A stretch of DNA of 64,000 nucleotides from a virus. Of this stretch, positions 9,460-19,108 are shown one piece after another (the first letter of the stretch is position 1; every line of letters starts with the position of its first letter). The notes beneath the pieces were generated by a model. The model was given only the letters and a program-made list of their open reading frames with translations, searched no databases and had not been told where the DNA came from. The stretch is taken from IMG/VR virus record IMGVR_UViG_3300017971_000287; one strand, given 5' to 3'. A program made the translations under genes and the position numbers.

Positions 9460-10127
9460 AACAGTATCCTCACACCCTAACTGCTGGGGAGATCAGAGAG
9501 TTTGTTAAGACAGTTTCCCCTCTTATTTTAGAGATTGGTTGCCATGAAGGAACAGACACGCTAGCTTTTCTAGAATCAATGCCCCAAGCAACCATCTTTT
9601 GTTTTGACTGCGAAAGCAGAGCTATTGCCCGTTGGTATAACAATTTACAAAAGCGACGTCAACTAAGCAGTAGTGTGTTCCTTGTGCCAAAAGCAGTTGC
9701 TGATGTTGATGGCTCACGAATGTTCCACGCTAGTACAGGGCGGGCAGGCTATCGAGAGGATTGGGACTTTTCCGGCAGCCTTTCTCAGCCTACCGGACAT
9801 TACCAACGTTCTCCTGAAATTAAATTCAAAGACCCAATCGACGTACCTTGTATTCGACTCGACACATGGTACGACACCCGGTATGGTGATACTTCTAATA
9901 CTGTAATTGACTTTGTTTGGGCAGATGTCCAAGGCAGTCAACTGTTTGTAATTGAAGGGGCCCAAGAGACATTCAAAAAGGTTCGATACCTTTACATTGA
10001 GTCTCATAGCACCCCTCTCTATGCAGATGAACCTACACAAGAAGAACTAATCAAAAAGTTAGCTCCTTGGTTTTGTCCTATTGGTATCTATGCCCGTGAA
10101 AACATTTTGTTTGAGCAACGATCATGA
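9456..10127 (+). CDS. FkbM-family SAM-dependent O-methyltransferase
   Basis: ILEIGCHEGTDT, CIRLDTW, IDFVWADVQGSQ, YLYIE motifs. Confidence 0.85.
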   Translation: MKQYPHTLTAGEIREFVKTVSPLILEIGCHEGTDTLAFLESMPQATIFCFDCESRAIARWYNNLQKRRQLSSSVFLVPKAVADVDGSRMFHASTGRAGYREDWDFSGSLSQPTGHYQRSPEIKFKDPIDVPCIRLDTWYDTRYGDTSNTVIDFVWADVQGSQLFVIEGAQETFKKVRYLYIESHSTPLYADEPTQEELIKKLAPWFCPIGIYARENILFEQRS

Positions 10128-11545
10128 ATACTTTTCAACGCACAGGAAAAGTGGACACTTCTATTTCTTTGAATAGAAAGGCTCACGTAGAAAGACCTCA
10201 ACAGCAGACCATAATTATTGCGGGCATTCCTAGGGGAGGTACGTCGATGGTTGCTGCCGTCATTGAAGCACTAGGAATTGACCTAGGTCCAAGAGAAGAC
10301 ATGGATGCTTTTAACTTTGAAGACCAGAAGATGCAGAGTGCTTACATTGAAGTACGTGCAGAACGGGTTAAACAACGGAATAAAGAGTGTGACGTTTGGG
10401 GATGGAAGGACCCAGTAGGAATCACAAGGGTACAAGACACTACACCCCTTCTAAGAAATCCTTATGTTATTCTTGTGTCTAGGGACCCCCTAGCAACGAT
10501 TCAAGGAGAGTTACGTTTTGACAAAGCCCATGCTAGCTTAGGACTGAGAACCCTAAAAGACATCACTGCACAAACCAGACGCTGGTGGAACTGCAACTTT
10601 GACTTCATTCAGGACACAAAGCTGCCTACTCTTCTTGTAAGCTACGAAAGAGCTATTAACAATCCACCAAGGTTTGTGAGTGAAGTTTGTGACTTTCTTA
10701 GCTTGGCTCCAACAGAGGAAGAAAAACAAAAAGCAATAGAGAGAATCTCTCCTGCTGGAGGGTACTTAACAACTATGTCTGAACCAGTAGTGAAAATTAA
10801 ATTAGAAGACATTGATTGGAGGTACATCAACCTTTCTCACCGTATTGACCGTCGTAAAAATATGAAAGTGCAAATGCGACGGTCAGGAATTTTAGTTAAA
10901 CAGTTTTCCGCCCTTCGCAAAGAGGACTACACTGGCTTGGAAGAAAAAGTTTCTCTAATGCGAGCAACCCCAAATACAATAGGTAACTGGCTTTCTCACA
11001 CTGCTCTAATAGCTGAAGCAAGAGACACAGGGAAAATCATCGGGGTGCTTGAAGATGACTGCTTACTCTGTATAGACATGCAACAACGCCTAAGATACGT
11101 TGAAGGACACTTTCTGAACAAACCTTGGGACATTTTCTTTTTGGGAGCAACGTTTCATACTACTCCAGGGGGCAAATGGCATCCCGAATTGGGCAGAGAC
11201 TTTGAGCTAACTGAGACACAACACATTGTAAAAGTCTATGGTGCCTTCTCAAATCAAGGCTACTTGGTCAACCCTCAAAGCGCAGACAAAATTCTCTTTC
11301 GTATGAATGAGATCATGCATAAGTCAACAGGAAGTGATCACGCTTTAATACAACTACAACCAGAATTGAATTGCTACTGTTTTGTTCCTGGGATGGTTTT
11401 TCAGATTGATGGACCTTCTGACATAGGAGAAGGAGTAACTAAGTTTAGCAACTTTTTCAACCTTGGTCCACACGTTTGGACAGAGAGACTTAGCGAATTT
11501 GATTGGGGTTCTTGGGAAACAAAGCAAAAGGAGACAGTCCAATGA
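10124..11545 (+). CDS. Fusion of sulfotransferase-like N-terminal domain and GT25-like glycosyltransferase
   Basis: N-term IIAGIPRGGTSMVA (PAPS 5'-PSB-like loop), WGWKDP, VSRDPLA, VSYE; C-term YINLSHRIDRR, GNWLSH, VLEDDC, DIFFLG typical of GT25. Confidence 0.75.
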   Translation: MNTFQRTGKVDTSISLNRKAHVERPQQQTIIIAGIPRGGTSMVAAVIEALGIDLGPREDMDAFNFEDQKMQSAYIEVRAERVKQRNKECDVWGWKDPVGITRVQDTTPLLRNPYVILVSRDPLATIQGELRFDKAHASLGLRTLKDITAQTRRWWNCNFDFIQDTKLPTLLVSYERAINNPPRFVSEVCDFLSLAPTEEEKQKAIERISPAGGYLTTMSEPVVKIKLEDIDWRYINLSHRIDRRKNMKVQMRRSGILVKQFSALRKEDYTGLEEKVSLMRATPNTIGNWLSHTALIAEARDTGKIIGVLEDDCLLCIDMQQRLRYVEGHFLNKPWDIFFLGATFHTTPGGKWHPELGRDFELTETQHIVKVYGAFSNQGYLVNPQSADKILFRMNEIMHKSTGSDHALIQLQPELNCYCFVPGMVFQIDGPSDIGEGVTKFSNFFNLGPHVWTERLSEFDWGSWETKQKETVQ

Positions 11546-12441
11546 ACGTTTTGGTTACTGGTGCTGCTGGGTTTATTGGAAACCATCTTTGTAGGTATTT
11601 ACAGAAGGAACACTACGTTGTTGGCGTCTACCATGATCGCTTCCCATCAACAGCTACTTTTCACGCAGTTCAGGCTGACGTTACAAACACAGACAGACTA
11701 CTGAGTTTACTTGTCAATTTGGAAATAGACTTTGTTTACCACTGTGCTGCTCGGTCTATTGTCCGGCACTGCTGCCAAGACCCTCTTGACTGCTTTTCTG
11801 TTAACATTATGGGTACTGCTGCTTTGCTGGAAGCTTGTCGCCGTTCAGAACAGATCAAAGGGGTTATGTGTATGGAGAGTGATAAATCATATGGACCAGG
11901 ACCTCTGCCCTACAAAGAAGACCAAGCGTTAAATCCGACAGGTATTTATGAGGCGTCAAAAGCCTGTGCTGGTCACATTGCTAGATGCTACTACAAAAAC
12001 TTTGGTGTACCTGTATTTACTGTTCGATCAGCAAACGTGTATGGTCCTAGTGATCCAAACAAAAGCCGACTCATCCCTAACACTATCAAAAGACTACGTG
12101 CAGGGCACCAGCCAGAGATCACAACTGGAGCAGATCGTTTTTCTAGAGAGTTCATCTATATAAAAGATTTCATTGCTGTTGTTGTTGGCCTAATGGAAGC
12201 AATTCCTTGGGGTAAAACAATCAACGTAGGCTCTGGAGAGATGGCTACAGTAACAGAGATTATTCAGTTAATCTGCTCAACTATGAAAAGAGAGTGTAGT
12301 CCAGTAAGCCTACCCGGACCAAAAACACTACAAGAAATAGAGCACCAACAGTTAGACACAACCCTCATGCATTCCTTGTTACCCTCTCTTCGTTCATTTT
12401 TTACTTTACCAGAAGGGATTAAAGCAACATGCTCAACCTGA
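11542..12441 (+). CDS. NAD-dependent NDP-sugar epimerase/dehydratase (CDP-glucose 4,6-dehydratase-like SDR)
   Basis: VLVTGAAGFIG, HCAA, ESDKSYG, YEASK (YxxxK), RSANVYGP; start at ATG 11542. Confidence 0.9.
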   Translation: MNVLVTGAAGFIGNHLCRYLQKEHYVVGVYHDRFPSTATFHAVQADVTNTDRLLSLLVNLEIDFVYHCAARSIVRHCCQDPLDCFSVNIMGTAALLEACRRSEQIKGVMCMESDKSYGPGPLPYKEDQALNPTGIYEASKACAGHIARCYYKNFGVPVFTVRSANVYGPSDPNKSRLIPNTIKRLRAGHQPEITTGADRFSREFIYIKDFIAVVVGLMEAIPWGKTINVGSGEMATVTEIIQLICSTMKRECSPVSLPGPKTLQEIEHQQLDTTLMHSLLPSLRSFFTLPEGIKATCST

Positions 12442-12983
12442 AAAACCGATCTACACTGATGGCTTCTCTTCCCAAAAACGGAGTAGGTGTTGAAGTAGGA
12501 GTGTCAGAAGGTTTGTTTTCTGAGACACTATTACAGGTTTGTACTCCTTCTGTCCTCTACCTAGTTGACCCCTGGTTGTTTCTACAAGGAAAGGAACATG
12601 AAGAGGATGCTGCTAACGTCTCTCAGCCGGAGCAGGAACAACGATACCAAGCAGTGTGTGGCAAGTTTGCTCTCCTTGCAAGGGTGCAGATCGTTCGTGA
12701 CTTCTCTGTGTCTTTTGCCGCCGCCACTCCTTTCCTTTTTCCTGATTGGGTATACCTTGACGGAGACCACACCCAAGTAGACCAAGACATTGCAGCATGG
12801 TGGCCAAAAATTAAACGAGGGGGGTGGCTTACCGGACATGACTACCTAACCTGCGGAGACCACTTGCGGGTAAAGCATCATGTTGATACGTTTGTTAAAA
12901 AGGAAAAGCTACCTTTGTTCGTAACAGAAGGAGACAGCTTGTACGAAAAGAACTATCCTAGTTGGGCGGTACAAAAACGATGA
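12429..12983 (+). CDS. Class I SAM methyltransferase (Methyltransf_24-like)
   Basis: VEVGVSEG, LVDPW, DWVYLDGDH, GGWLTGHDY. Confidence 0.85.
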   Translation: MLNLKNRSTLMASLPKNGVGVEVGVSEGLFSETLLQVCTPSVLYLVDPWLFLQGKEHEEDAANVSQPEQEQRYQAVCGKFALLARVQIVRDFSVSFAAATPFLFPDWVYLDGDHTQVDQDIAAWWPKIKRGGWLTGHDYLTCGDHLRVKHHVDTFVKKEKLPLFVTEGDSLYEKNYPSWAVQKR

Positions 12984-13513
12984 GACTAGACCTTACAAGC
13001 AGAACAACCCTTATGGCTACTTTGCCTTGCTACGGGGTTGCAGCAGAAGTTGGAGTGTTAGATGGGCAATTTTCTCAACAAATTCTTCAAAAAAACAGCC
13101 CACGACGTTTTTATCTAATTGACTGCTGGCAGTGTCCTCCTGGTTGGGACCCTTTGACTGTTGATAAGATCAACCAAGACTACTTAAAAAGTTACTACAC
13201 ACTCTTGGAACGGTATGCAAACAACCCCGCAGTACGTATTTTACGTGAATGGTCACTTGCTGCTGCTACTCTCTTTCCTAAAGACTACTTTGATTGGGTG
13301 TACATTGACGCAGACCATATTCAAGTGGCTCAAGATATCAATGCTTGGTTGCCTAAAGTTAAACAGGGTGGATACCTGTTAGGACATGACTACTGTGGAG
13401 ACAACCCTGTAGCAAAAGACGTAGACCAGTTTAGTAAAGTCAATAATCTACCTTACTTTCTTACTCAAGAACGGTTAGCTACTTGGGTGTTCCAAAAGCG
13501 TACAAAGGAGTGA
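12980..13513 (+). CDS. Class I SAM methyltransferase (Methyltransf_24-like), paralog of the upstream gene
   Basis: AEVGVLDG, LIDCW, DWVYIDADH, GGYLLGHDY; start ATG 12980. Confidence 0.85.
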   Translation: MRLDLTSRTTLMATLPCYGVAAEVGVLDGQFSQQILQKNSPRRFYLIDCWQCPPGWDPLTVDKINQDYLKSYYTLLERYANNPAVRILREWSLAAATLFPKDYFDWVYIDADHIQVAQDINAWLPKVKQGGYLLGHDYCGDNPVAKDVDQFSKVNNLPYFLTQERLATWVFQKRTKE

Positions 13514-13517
13514 CTTC

Positions 13518-14234
13518 ATGACAGAGCAAGAAAACATGACTGATGACGAACTGAATTCTCTGTTTTTGTCTGCTGGCTCTGCTGACGAGTATAGATTGAA
13601 AAAATTGTCGTTTGTTCCTGACGTTATTTATGACATAGGTGCGGATGTGGGCAGTATTACAATGTTTGCTGCTGCCAATTTTCCACTTACCAAAATTGTA
13701 GCAGTAGAACCCAATCCTTGGAGCTTCAAAAGACTTGTCACTAATGCACAACAGTTGGGGTACTCTAACGTTTTTCCTGTTCAAAAGGCATTAGGACAAG
13801 GAGAAATGTTTGAGCCGCAACCGACAACACCCCCGCTACACTGGATGGTAGTAAATCGAGACCACCCTTGTTGGCACGAAAACTTACAACCTAGTAAAAT
13901 TCAAAGTGTTTCTCTTGCTGAACTCTACAATGTTCATAGGGGCAAAAAGTACGTAGTCAAGATGGACTGCGAAAGCGCAGAACTGTTTGCTATCACCGAG
14001 AAGAAAAGCAAGCAAGTGATTTTGAACTCTGGATACTTCGCAGCAGAACTTCATGTCTGGGCTCAATGCGGTAGTTGTGTTCCCCACGTTGCAGAAACCC
14101 TTTACCGTTTTATTTTTGAACTAGCGCAATCCCATACTGTTTGGACTAAGTGTTATGGGGCTTGTATCCACGTGTGGGCAAAGAATCGAAAGTTCACCTC
14201 TGGGGAAGCTACTACCAACGATACAACCAACTAA
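13518..14234 (+). CDS. FkbM-family methyltransferase
   Basis: IYDIGADVG, VAVEPNP, VKMDCESAE. Confidence 0.8.
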   Translation: MTEQENMTDDELNSLFLSAGSADEYRLKKLSFVPDVIYDIGADVGSITMFAAANFPLTKIVAVEPNPWSFKRLVTNAQQLGYSNVFPVQKALGQGEMFEPQPTTPPLHWMVVNRDHPCWHENLQPSKIQSVSLAELYNVHRGKKYVVKMDCESAELFAITEKKSKQVILNSGYFAAELHVWAQCGSCVPHVAETLYRFIFELAQSHTVWTKCYGACIHVWAKNRKFTSGEATTNDTTN

Positions 14235-14255
14235 CTCAACAAGCGATAGTGTTTT

Positions 14256-15017
14256 ATGCTCAGCCAGCAAGAGTACACAGAAACGTACAAACGGGAATTT
14301 GAACTCTGTTTCAATGAGGTTTGTGGCAAAGACTATTACCGATTAAAGTCTTGTCCTATTATCCCTGACGTTGTTTTGGATGTAGGTGCCAACGTTGGAA
14401 GCTTTACTACCTTTGCACGGTGCTTGTTTCCTCTGGCTCAGATCGTAGCAATTGAACCTGACCCTGTTACTTTTGCAGGATTAAAATCATTTGTAGAGCA
14501 CCTACCCCGTGTTAAGTGCTTTCAATTAGCATTAGCTACTGGGCCTGTATGGCAAGGTCTTTCAGAAGACACAGCAGAGTCTTATTACAGCGCAACAAAC
14601 AGCTACGTTACCCAAGACCAAATTGGTTTTCCTGTAGAGCAAATGGCTTCTCCTCCCGGACAGGCGGGTAGAGACGCACTGCCTATCTACAATCAATGTC
14701 CGCATATTTCCCCAATCAGTTTAGACGCTTTGGTTGAAAAGTGGGTCTGTCCAACCGACAGACTGTTACTGAAATTGGATTGTGAAGGGGGAGAAAATTG
14801 CATAATCACTCACAAGCCTTCATTACAGGCTTTGCGAAGGGTTGATGTGCTTACAATGGAAACGCACTACTACACAAAAGGAACCGGAACAGAACACGAA
14901 ACAAACAAAGTATTGATTGAACATGGGCTAGTAGATGCTCTAAAAGAAACTCATCAATGTGTTTTAGAAGAAGAGCAAAGGTACTTTGGCGCCATCAAAA
15001 AGGAGCTAGTCTTTTGA
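14256..15017 (+). CDS. FkbM-family methyltransferase
   Basis: VLDVGANVG, VAIEPDP, LKLDCEGGE. Confidence 0.85.
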   Translation: MLSQQEYTETYKREFELCFNEVCGKDYYRLKSCPIIPDVVLDVGANVGSFTTFARCLFPLAQIVAIEPDPVTFAGLKSFVEHLPRVKCFQLALATGPVWQGLSEDTAESYYSATNSYVTQDQIGFPVEQMASPPGQAGRDALPIYNQCPHISPISLDALVEKWVCPTDRLLLKLDCEGGENCIITHKPSLQALRRVDVLTMETHYYTKGTGTEHETNKVLIEHGLVDALKETHQCVLEEEQRYFGAIKKELVF

Positions 15018-15898
15018 ACCAGGTTATCTGCTTTGTTGCTGACCAAAACTATTTTGACCACGCCAAATATGTTCTTGTCAACTGCAAAAGACAAGGAGGT
15101 TGGAAAGGGGATTTTTGTATCATCACTCCAGGAGGAGGCGCATCAGACTTTCAACATCGTGGAATCCATGTCTATGAAGTAAAAGGTTCTTGGGACTTTA
15201 TGGTCAAGTTTCATGCTTTTACTCCGTTCTTTCACCGTTGGGATGAGTGTCTTCTTCTAGACTTAGACATTGTAGTCCAAGGACCCCTACAAAAAGTCTT
15301 TGATGGACTGCGGTCACGATTACCAAAACTACTAGCAAACCAAGAGGATGGAGACACTCTAAGTGCTCTCAAACATTGGGATGAAAAAAGGGAAGAACAC
15401 ACAGACGCTTACCTTCGTGTCCAAGAATTGTACCCTCATGTTACGAACAAAATGTTCAATATGGCTATCCTCTTCTTTCGTCCTAAAAGCTTACCTCCAG
15501 ACACTCAAGAAAGATTACGCCAGTTGCATGAAGAATTCAAAGAGATCAATCCTACTTGTGCTGATCAGATGTTGGTCAACCTACTATTGTATGATCAACT
15601 AGAGGAAGCTGGAAAAGACTACTGGACTTTCATGGGCAACGATTGGCCTTGTAATCGTGTAAAGAGTGTAGGCAGAGGATGGAGAGGAGATGAGGAGCCT
15701 GTAATCCTACATTACACGCGGTGGATGGCTCCTTGGATTGTAAAGTACCCTCCAGAGGGAGACGCCTTGAAAGGGTTACTAGCCTTGGGGTTGCCTCCCG
15801 AAACTGGAGGATACCGTAATCACCGATTAAACGTTGTGTGTCACGAATTCTACGCTGAATGCGTAAAGGCATTTAATGAGGAGTTCCCAATAGTATGA
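15014..15898 (+). CDS. GT8-like glycosyltransferase (paralog 1)
   Basis: TTG start after AGGAG; FVADQNY, LLLDLDIVV (DxD), FNMAILF, ADQMLVN, LHY. Confidence 0.75.
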   Translation: MNQVICFVADQNYFDHAKYVLVNCKRQGGWKGDFCIITPGGGASDFQHRGIHVYEVKGSWDFMVKFHAFTPFFHRWDECLLLDLDIVVQGPLQKVFDGLRSRLPKLLANQEDGDTLSALKHWDEKREEHTDAYLRVQELYPHVTNKMFNMAILFFRPKSLPPDTQERLRQLHEEFKEINPTCADQMLVNLLLYDQLEEAGKDYWTFMGNDWPCNRVKSVGRGWRGDEEPVILHYTRWMAPWIVKYPPEGDALKGLLALGLPPETGGYRNHRLNVVCHEFYAECVKAFNEEFPIV

Positions 15899-16728
15899 AA
15901 CCACATGCACTAGTTTTGGTTGCTGATGGTGCTTACTTAGATCATGCTCGAAGTTTGTTTGTGAACTGTGCAAAACAAGGCAATTGGCAAGGAGACTTTG
16001 TTTTGATTTGTCCAGGCGGTTGTAACACTTTCTCAATAGAGAATCGGGGTATTACAATTTTACGTGCTCCAGAGAAGAGTTGGACTAACCGTATCAAATT
16101 TCGCATCTTTGATGATTGGTTACGAGTATGGCAGTTTGTTTTGTACCTAGACTGCGATGCTCTAGTGCAAAAAAACTTGAACACAATCTTATCAGTACTA
16201 TATGACCAGCCTGACAAAATTTTCTTTGATGGGTCGCAAAAGACGACCATCATGGACGACTGGCTACACTTTTGTAAAAAGGAAGGGGTTGACCCTCAAG
16301 AACAAAAAGACACTTTTTTGAGACTAGAACAGCAATACTCTTCTATTATTCACAAACGTATCTTCGTTAGTAGTGCTGTCCTCTTTTCTCCGCAAAGGGT
16401 TCCAAAAGGCACAGTAGTCTGCATGAACGACATTCAAGATCGTTTTTGTAAAATCAATCCAGGAGAGTACGATCAACAGGTAATGAACCTTGCTTTGTAC
16501 GACAGACTCGCCCCCTTACCTAAATGGTGTGTTACTTGGTTTGCTTTTGATGAGGCTGACAACCCTTCTGTTGTGTCGCACTATTGGGGTATGTACGCCC
16601 CTTGGATAGAGAAAATAGAAGGGGCTGGAGGGTACTACAACAATCCTTTAGGCAAAACTTGTTACCAAGCATACGTACAACATCGAAACGCTTTCGCCTC
16701 TGTTTTTCCTAAGAAAGAAAACACTTAA
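15895..16728 (+). CDS. GT8-like glycosyltransferase (paralog 2)
   Basis: VADGAY, LYLDCDALV, YDQQVMN, SHYWG.YAPWI. Confidence 0.75.
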   Translation: MKPHALVLVADGAYLDHARSLFVNCAKQGNWQGDFVLICPGGCNTFSIENRGITILRAPEKSWTNRIKFRIFDDWLRVWQFVLYLDCDALVQKNLNTILSVLYDQPDKIFFDGSQKTTIMDDWLHFCKKEGVDPQEQKDTFLRLEQQYSSIIHKRIFVSSAVLFSPQRVPKGTVVCMNDIQDRFCKINPGEYDQQVMNLALYDRLAPLPKWCVTWFAFDEADNPSVVSHYWGMYAPWIEKIEGAGGYYNNPLGKTCYQAYVQHRNAFASVFPKKENT

Positions 16729-16729
16729 C

Positions 16730-17635
16730 ATGAGCCGTACAGTTGTTGTTTTTGTAACAGATGAAGCTTACCTACCCCACTACAAGTCACTTGCTGTAAA
16801 CTGTCATAACCAGGGACAGTATCGTGGCGACTATCTATGGGTGTGTTCACACCTGCCTTCCAAAGAGATAGATGATTTAGAGTCAAGAGGGTTTCACACT
16901 TTAGAAGTGGAAGAGCAAGGTTTCCTTGCCAAATTTCGCATCTTTGATGAACAACTCAATCGTTGGGAGCAAGCTTTCTATCTTGACGCTGACGTGCTTG
17001 TGCAACAACCCTTCCAGCCTCTGTTTGATCAACTTACAGCGTGGCCTCGCGAAAAACTCTCTGCTCGATTTGGCTGTAAGATTCGCAAGCGGATTCTTTC
17101 TAGCCGTGAAGAAGTCCCTGTGTTTATGGGTTGGCAAATTTGGGACGAAGAATGGAAAGAGCATACAGCCATCTATGAAAGAATGGCAGAACAGTTTCCG
17201 CACGTTCTTTCTGCGGATAAAATGTGGTCTACTGCCCTGTTGTTATGGGAACCACAAAGTATTCCTGCTACCACCGTACAAAGACTGAACGAACTACAGC
17301 AAGAGTACCATGTCTGTAACAACCCAGAAAAAGGAGGAACTGACGAACAGATTATTGACTTACTTATGCATGAAGACATGGCACAAGTAGGAGAAAAGGC
17401 CTGGTGCTTTTGGGGCTTAGATGAGGAGAATGCAAGAGTGCCTTCAATTGCTAGAGGGTGGCGTGGAGGAGAAATACCTGTTGCTCTGCACTATGGTCGG
17501 TGGTACGCTCCTTGGATTGAAAAAACGCCTGACATGGATGCATACTCTCTGCCCCGACTAGACAAAGTGTGTCACGAATTTTACGCAGAAAACTTGGCTG
17601 CATTCGGTACTGTTTTTCCTAAAAGGAGTAACTGA
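16730..17635 (+). CDS. GT8-like glycosyltransferase (paralog 3)
   Basis: VTDEAY, FYLDADVLV, TDEQIID, LHYGRWYAPWI. Confidence 0.75.
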   Translation: MSRTVVVFVTDEAYLPHYKSLAVNCHNQGQYRGDYLWVCSHLPSKEIDDLESRGFHTLEVEEQGFLAKFRIFDEQLNRWEQAFYLDADVLVQQPFQPLFDQLTAWPREKLSARFGCKIRKRILSSREEVPVFMGWQIWDEEWKEHTAIYERMAEQFPHVLSADKMWSTALLLWEPQSIPATTVQRLNELQQEYHVCNNPEKGGTDEQIIDLLMHEDMAQVGEKAWCFWGLDEENARVPSIARGWRGGEIPVALHYGRWYAPWIEKTPDMDAYSLPRLDKVCHEFYAENLAAFGTVFPKRSN

Positions 17636-18306
17636 TGGCTACACTAGTTGAATTGGGTGTCAAAAACAAGACGGACAAAGTAGGTCACAACTATCTGAAC
17701 CATTATGAAGAACGATTCAAACCGATTAGAGAGGAACGGTTCACCCTGTTGGAACTAGGAATTATGCGTGGCAGTTCTCTGCGCATGTGGCGTGACTTTT
17801 TTCCTCTTGCAAACATAGTTGGTGTTGATATTACAAAGGAAAGCATGCTAAAAGGAGAAGAAAGGATCCAATGTTACCAGGGAGACCAAGGTAACAAAAG
17901 CTTTTTGGAAGAAGTAGCAAAAGTAGAAGGACCATTAACTCTTGTTATAGACGACGGGAGTCACAGAGGGTGGCACCATGTTGAATCCTTCAAAGCCTTA
18001 TGGCCCTTTGTTAACCCCGGTGGATGGTACTGTATTGAAGACGCTTTCTCCATCTTTCATAAAAGCTGGACTGATCCAGGGCATTTTACAATACTGCACC
18101 TCATTGAGGAAGAGTGGGCAGCGATCATTCGTAGTCAGAGCACGATTGCTCAAGTAGCTGTAATAGGTTGTGACACCTGCAAACCTCTTGCAGGAAGAAA
18201 CAACGGGCTGATCTTTTTACAAAAGGCAATTGTAGCAAAAGAGGATATGCCTCTGCCTAAAAATGAAGAAAGTAACTTTTTTACCAGTAAGGACAGGAGG
18301 TACTAG
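17635..18306 (+). CDS. Class I SAM sugar O-methyltransferase (MycE/TylE-like C-terminal domain)
   Basis: TDKVGHNY..HY, LELGIMRGSSL, VGVDI, QGDQ, VIDDGSH, GGWYCIED. Confidence 0.8.
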   Translation: MATLVELGVKNKTDKVGHNYLNHYEERFKPIREERFTLLELGIMRGSSLRMWRDFFPLANIVGVDITKESMLKGEERIQCYQGDQGNKSFLEEVAKVEGPLTLVIDDGSHRGWHHVESFKALWPFVNPGGWYCIEDAFSIFHKSWTDPGHFTILHLIEEEWAAIIRSQSTIAQVAVIGCDTCKPLAGRNNGLIFLQKAIVAKEDMPLPKNEESNFFTSKDRRY

Positions 18307-18307
18307 C

Positions 18308-19108
18308 ATGCTGACTTTAGCAATAACCGCATTCGATGAAATGGAAGAACGTCGCGGTTGCGGAAATAGACTGTTACAATGTATTAGCTACGCTCAGAAG
18401 CACCCGTCAATACGTGAAATTGTTATTGTAGACGATGGCTCAGAACGCTATTCCGAATTGTTAGCACTTTTATCCAAAGAACCCAAGAAACTTTGGATAG
18501 GTAGCAACGTTCAAAACCTGGGTGTTTTTGTAAACAAAATTGAAGCCGTTGCCCGCAGTACAAGTGCTTGGGTTATCACTTGTGATTCAGATAACTGCAT
18601 GGATGCAGGATACATTGACAAGGTCCTATCTCTTTGGCGTACAGAAAAAAGTTGGTATTGTCCTAGCTTTGCCAAGCCTAAATTTGATTACAGAGAGCTA
18701 ATTGGAAGCTACAACGGAAAGACTCTCAAAAGAATCATCAGACATCCTTCCTTTCCTTGTTTCTTTAACACAGGCAATCAGGTTGTCCACCAAAAGACAT
18801 TTATGAAAGTGTTTGGAAAATACCGTGGACAACGGGCTGACTTACTGTTACCTAACTGGTTGGGTATCCAAGAGAAGAAACGGAAAAGCCATTATTGGCG
18901 TATGGTGTTTGATGCTTGTGACTCTTTTTTATTGAACTATTTGTGGGTTCAAGCAGGGGGGTCTATTGGTATAGTGGAAGGACTAGAGTACCTTCACCAC
19001 TATGCAACAGGAGACGACGGCAATTATGCTAGGTCCCCCAAAGAAAAAGCAGAACTAGGGGAAATATTGCTAACCCAATTACGTCACCTTATAGAGGCCC
19101 TACAATGA
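18308..19108 (+). CDS. GT2-family glycosyltransferase
   Basis: EIVIVDDGS, NLGVFVNK, ITCDSDN; start ATG 18308. Confidence 0.8.
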   Translation: MLTLAITAFDEMEERRGCGNRLLQCISYAQKHPSIREIVIVDDGSERYSELLALLSKEPKKLWIGSNVQNLGVFVNKIEAVARSTSAWVITCDSDNCMDAGYIDKVLSLWRTEKSWYCPSFAKPKFDYRELIGSYNGKTLKRIIRHPSFPCFFNTGNQVVHQKTFMKVFGKYRGQRADLLLPNWLGIQEKKRKSHYWRMVFDACDSFLLNYLWVQAGGSIGIVEGLEYLHHYATGDDGNYARSPKEKAELGEILLTQLRHLIEALQ

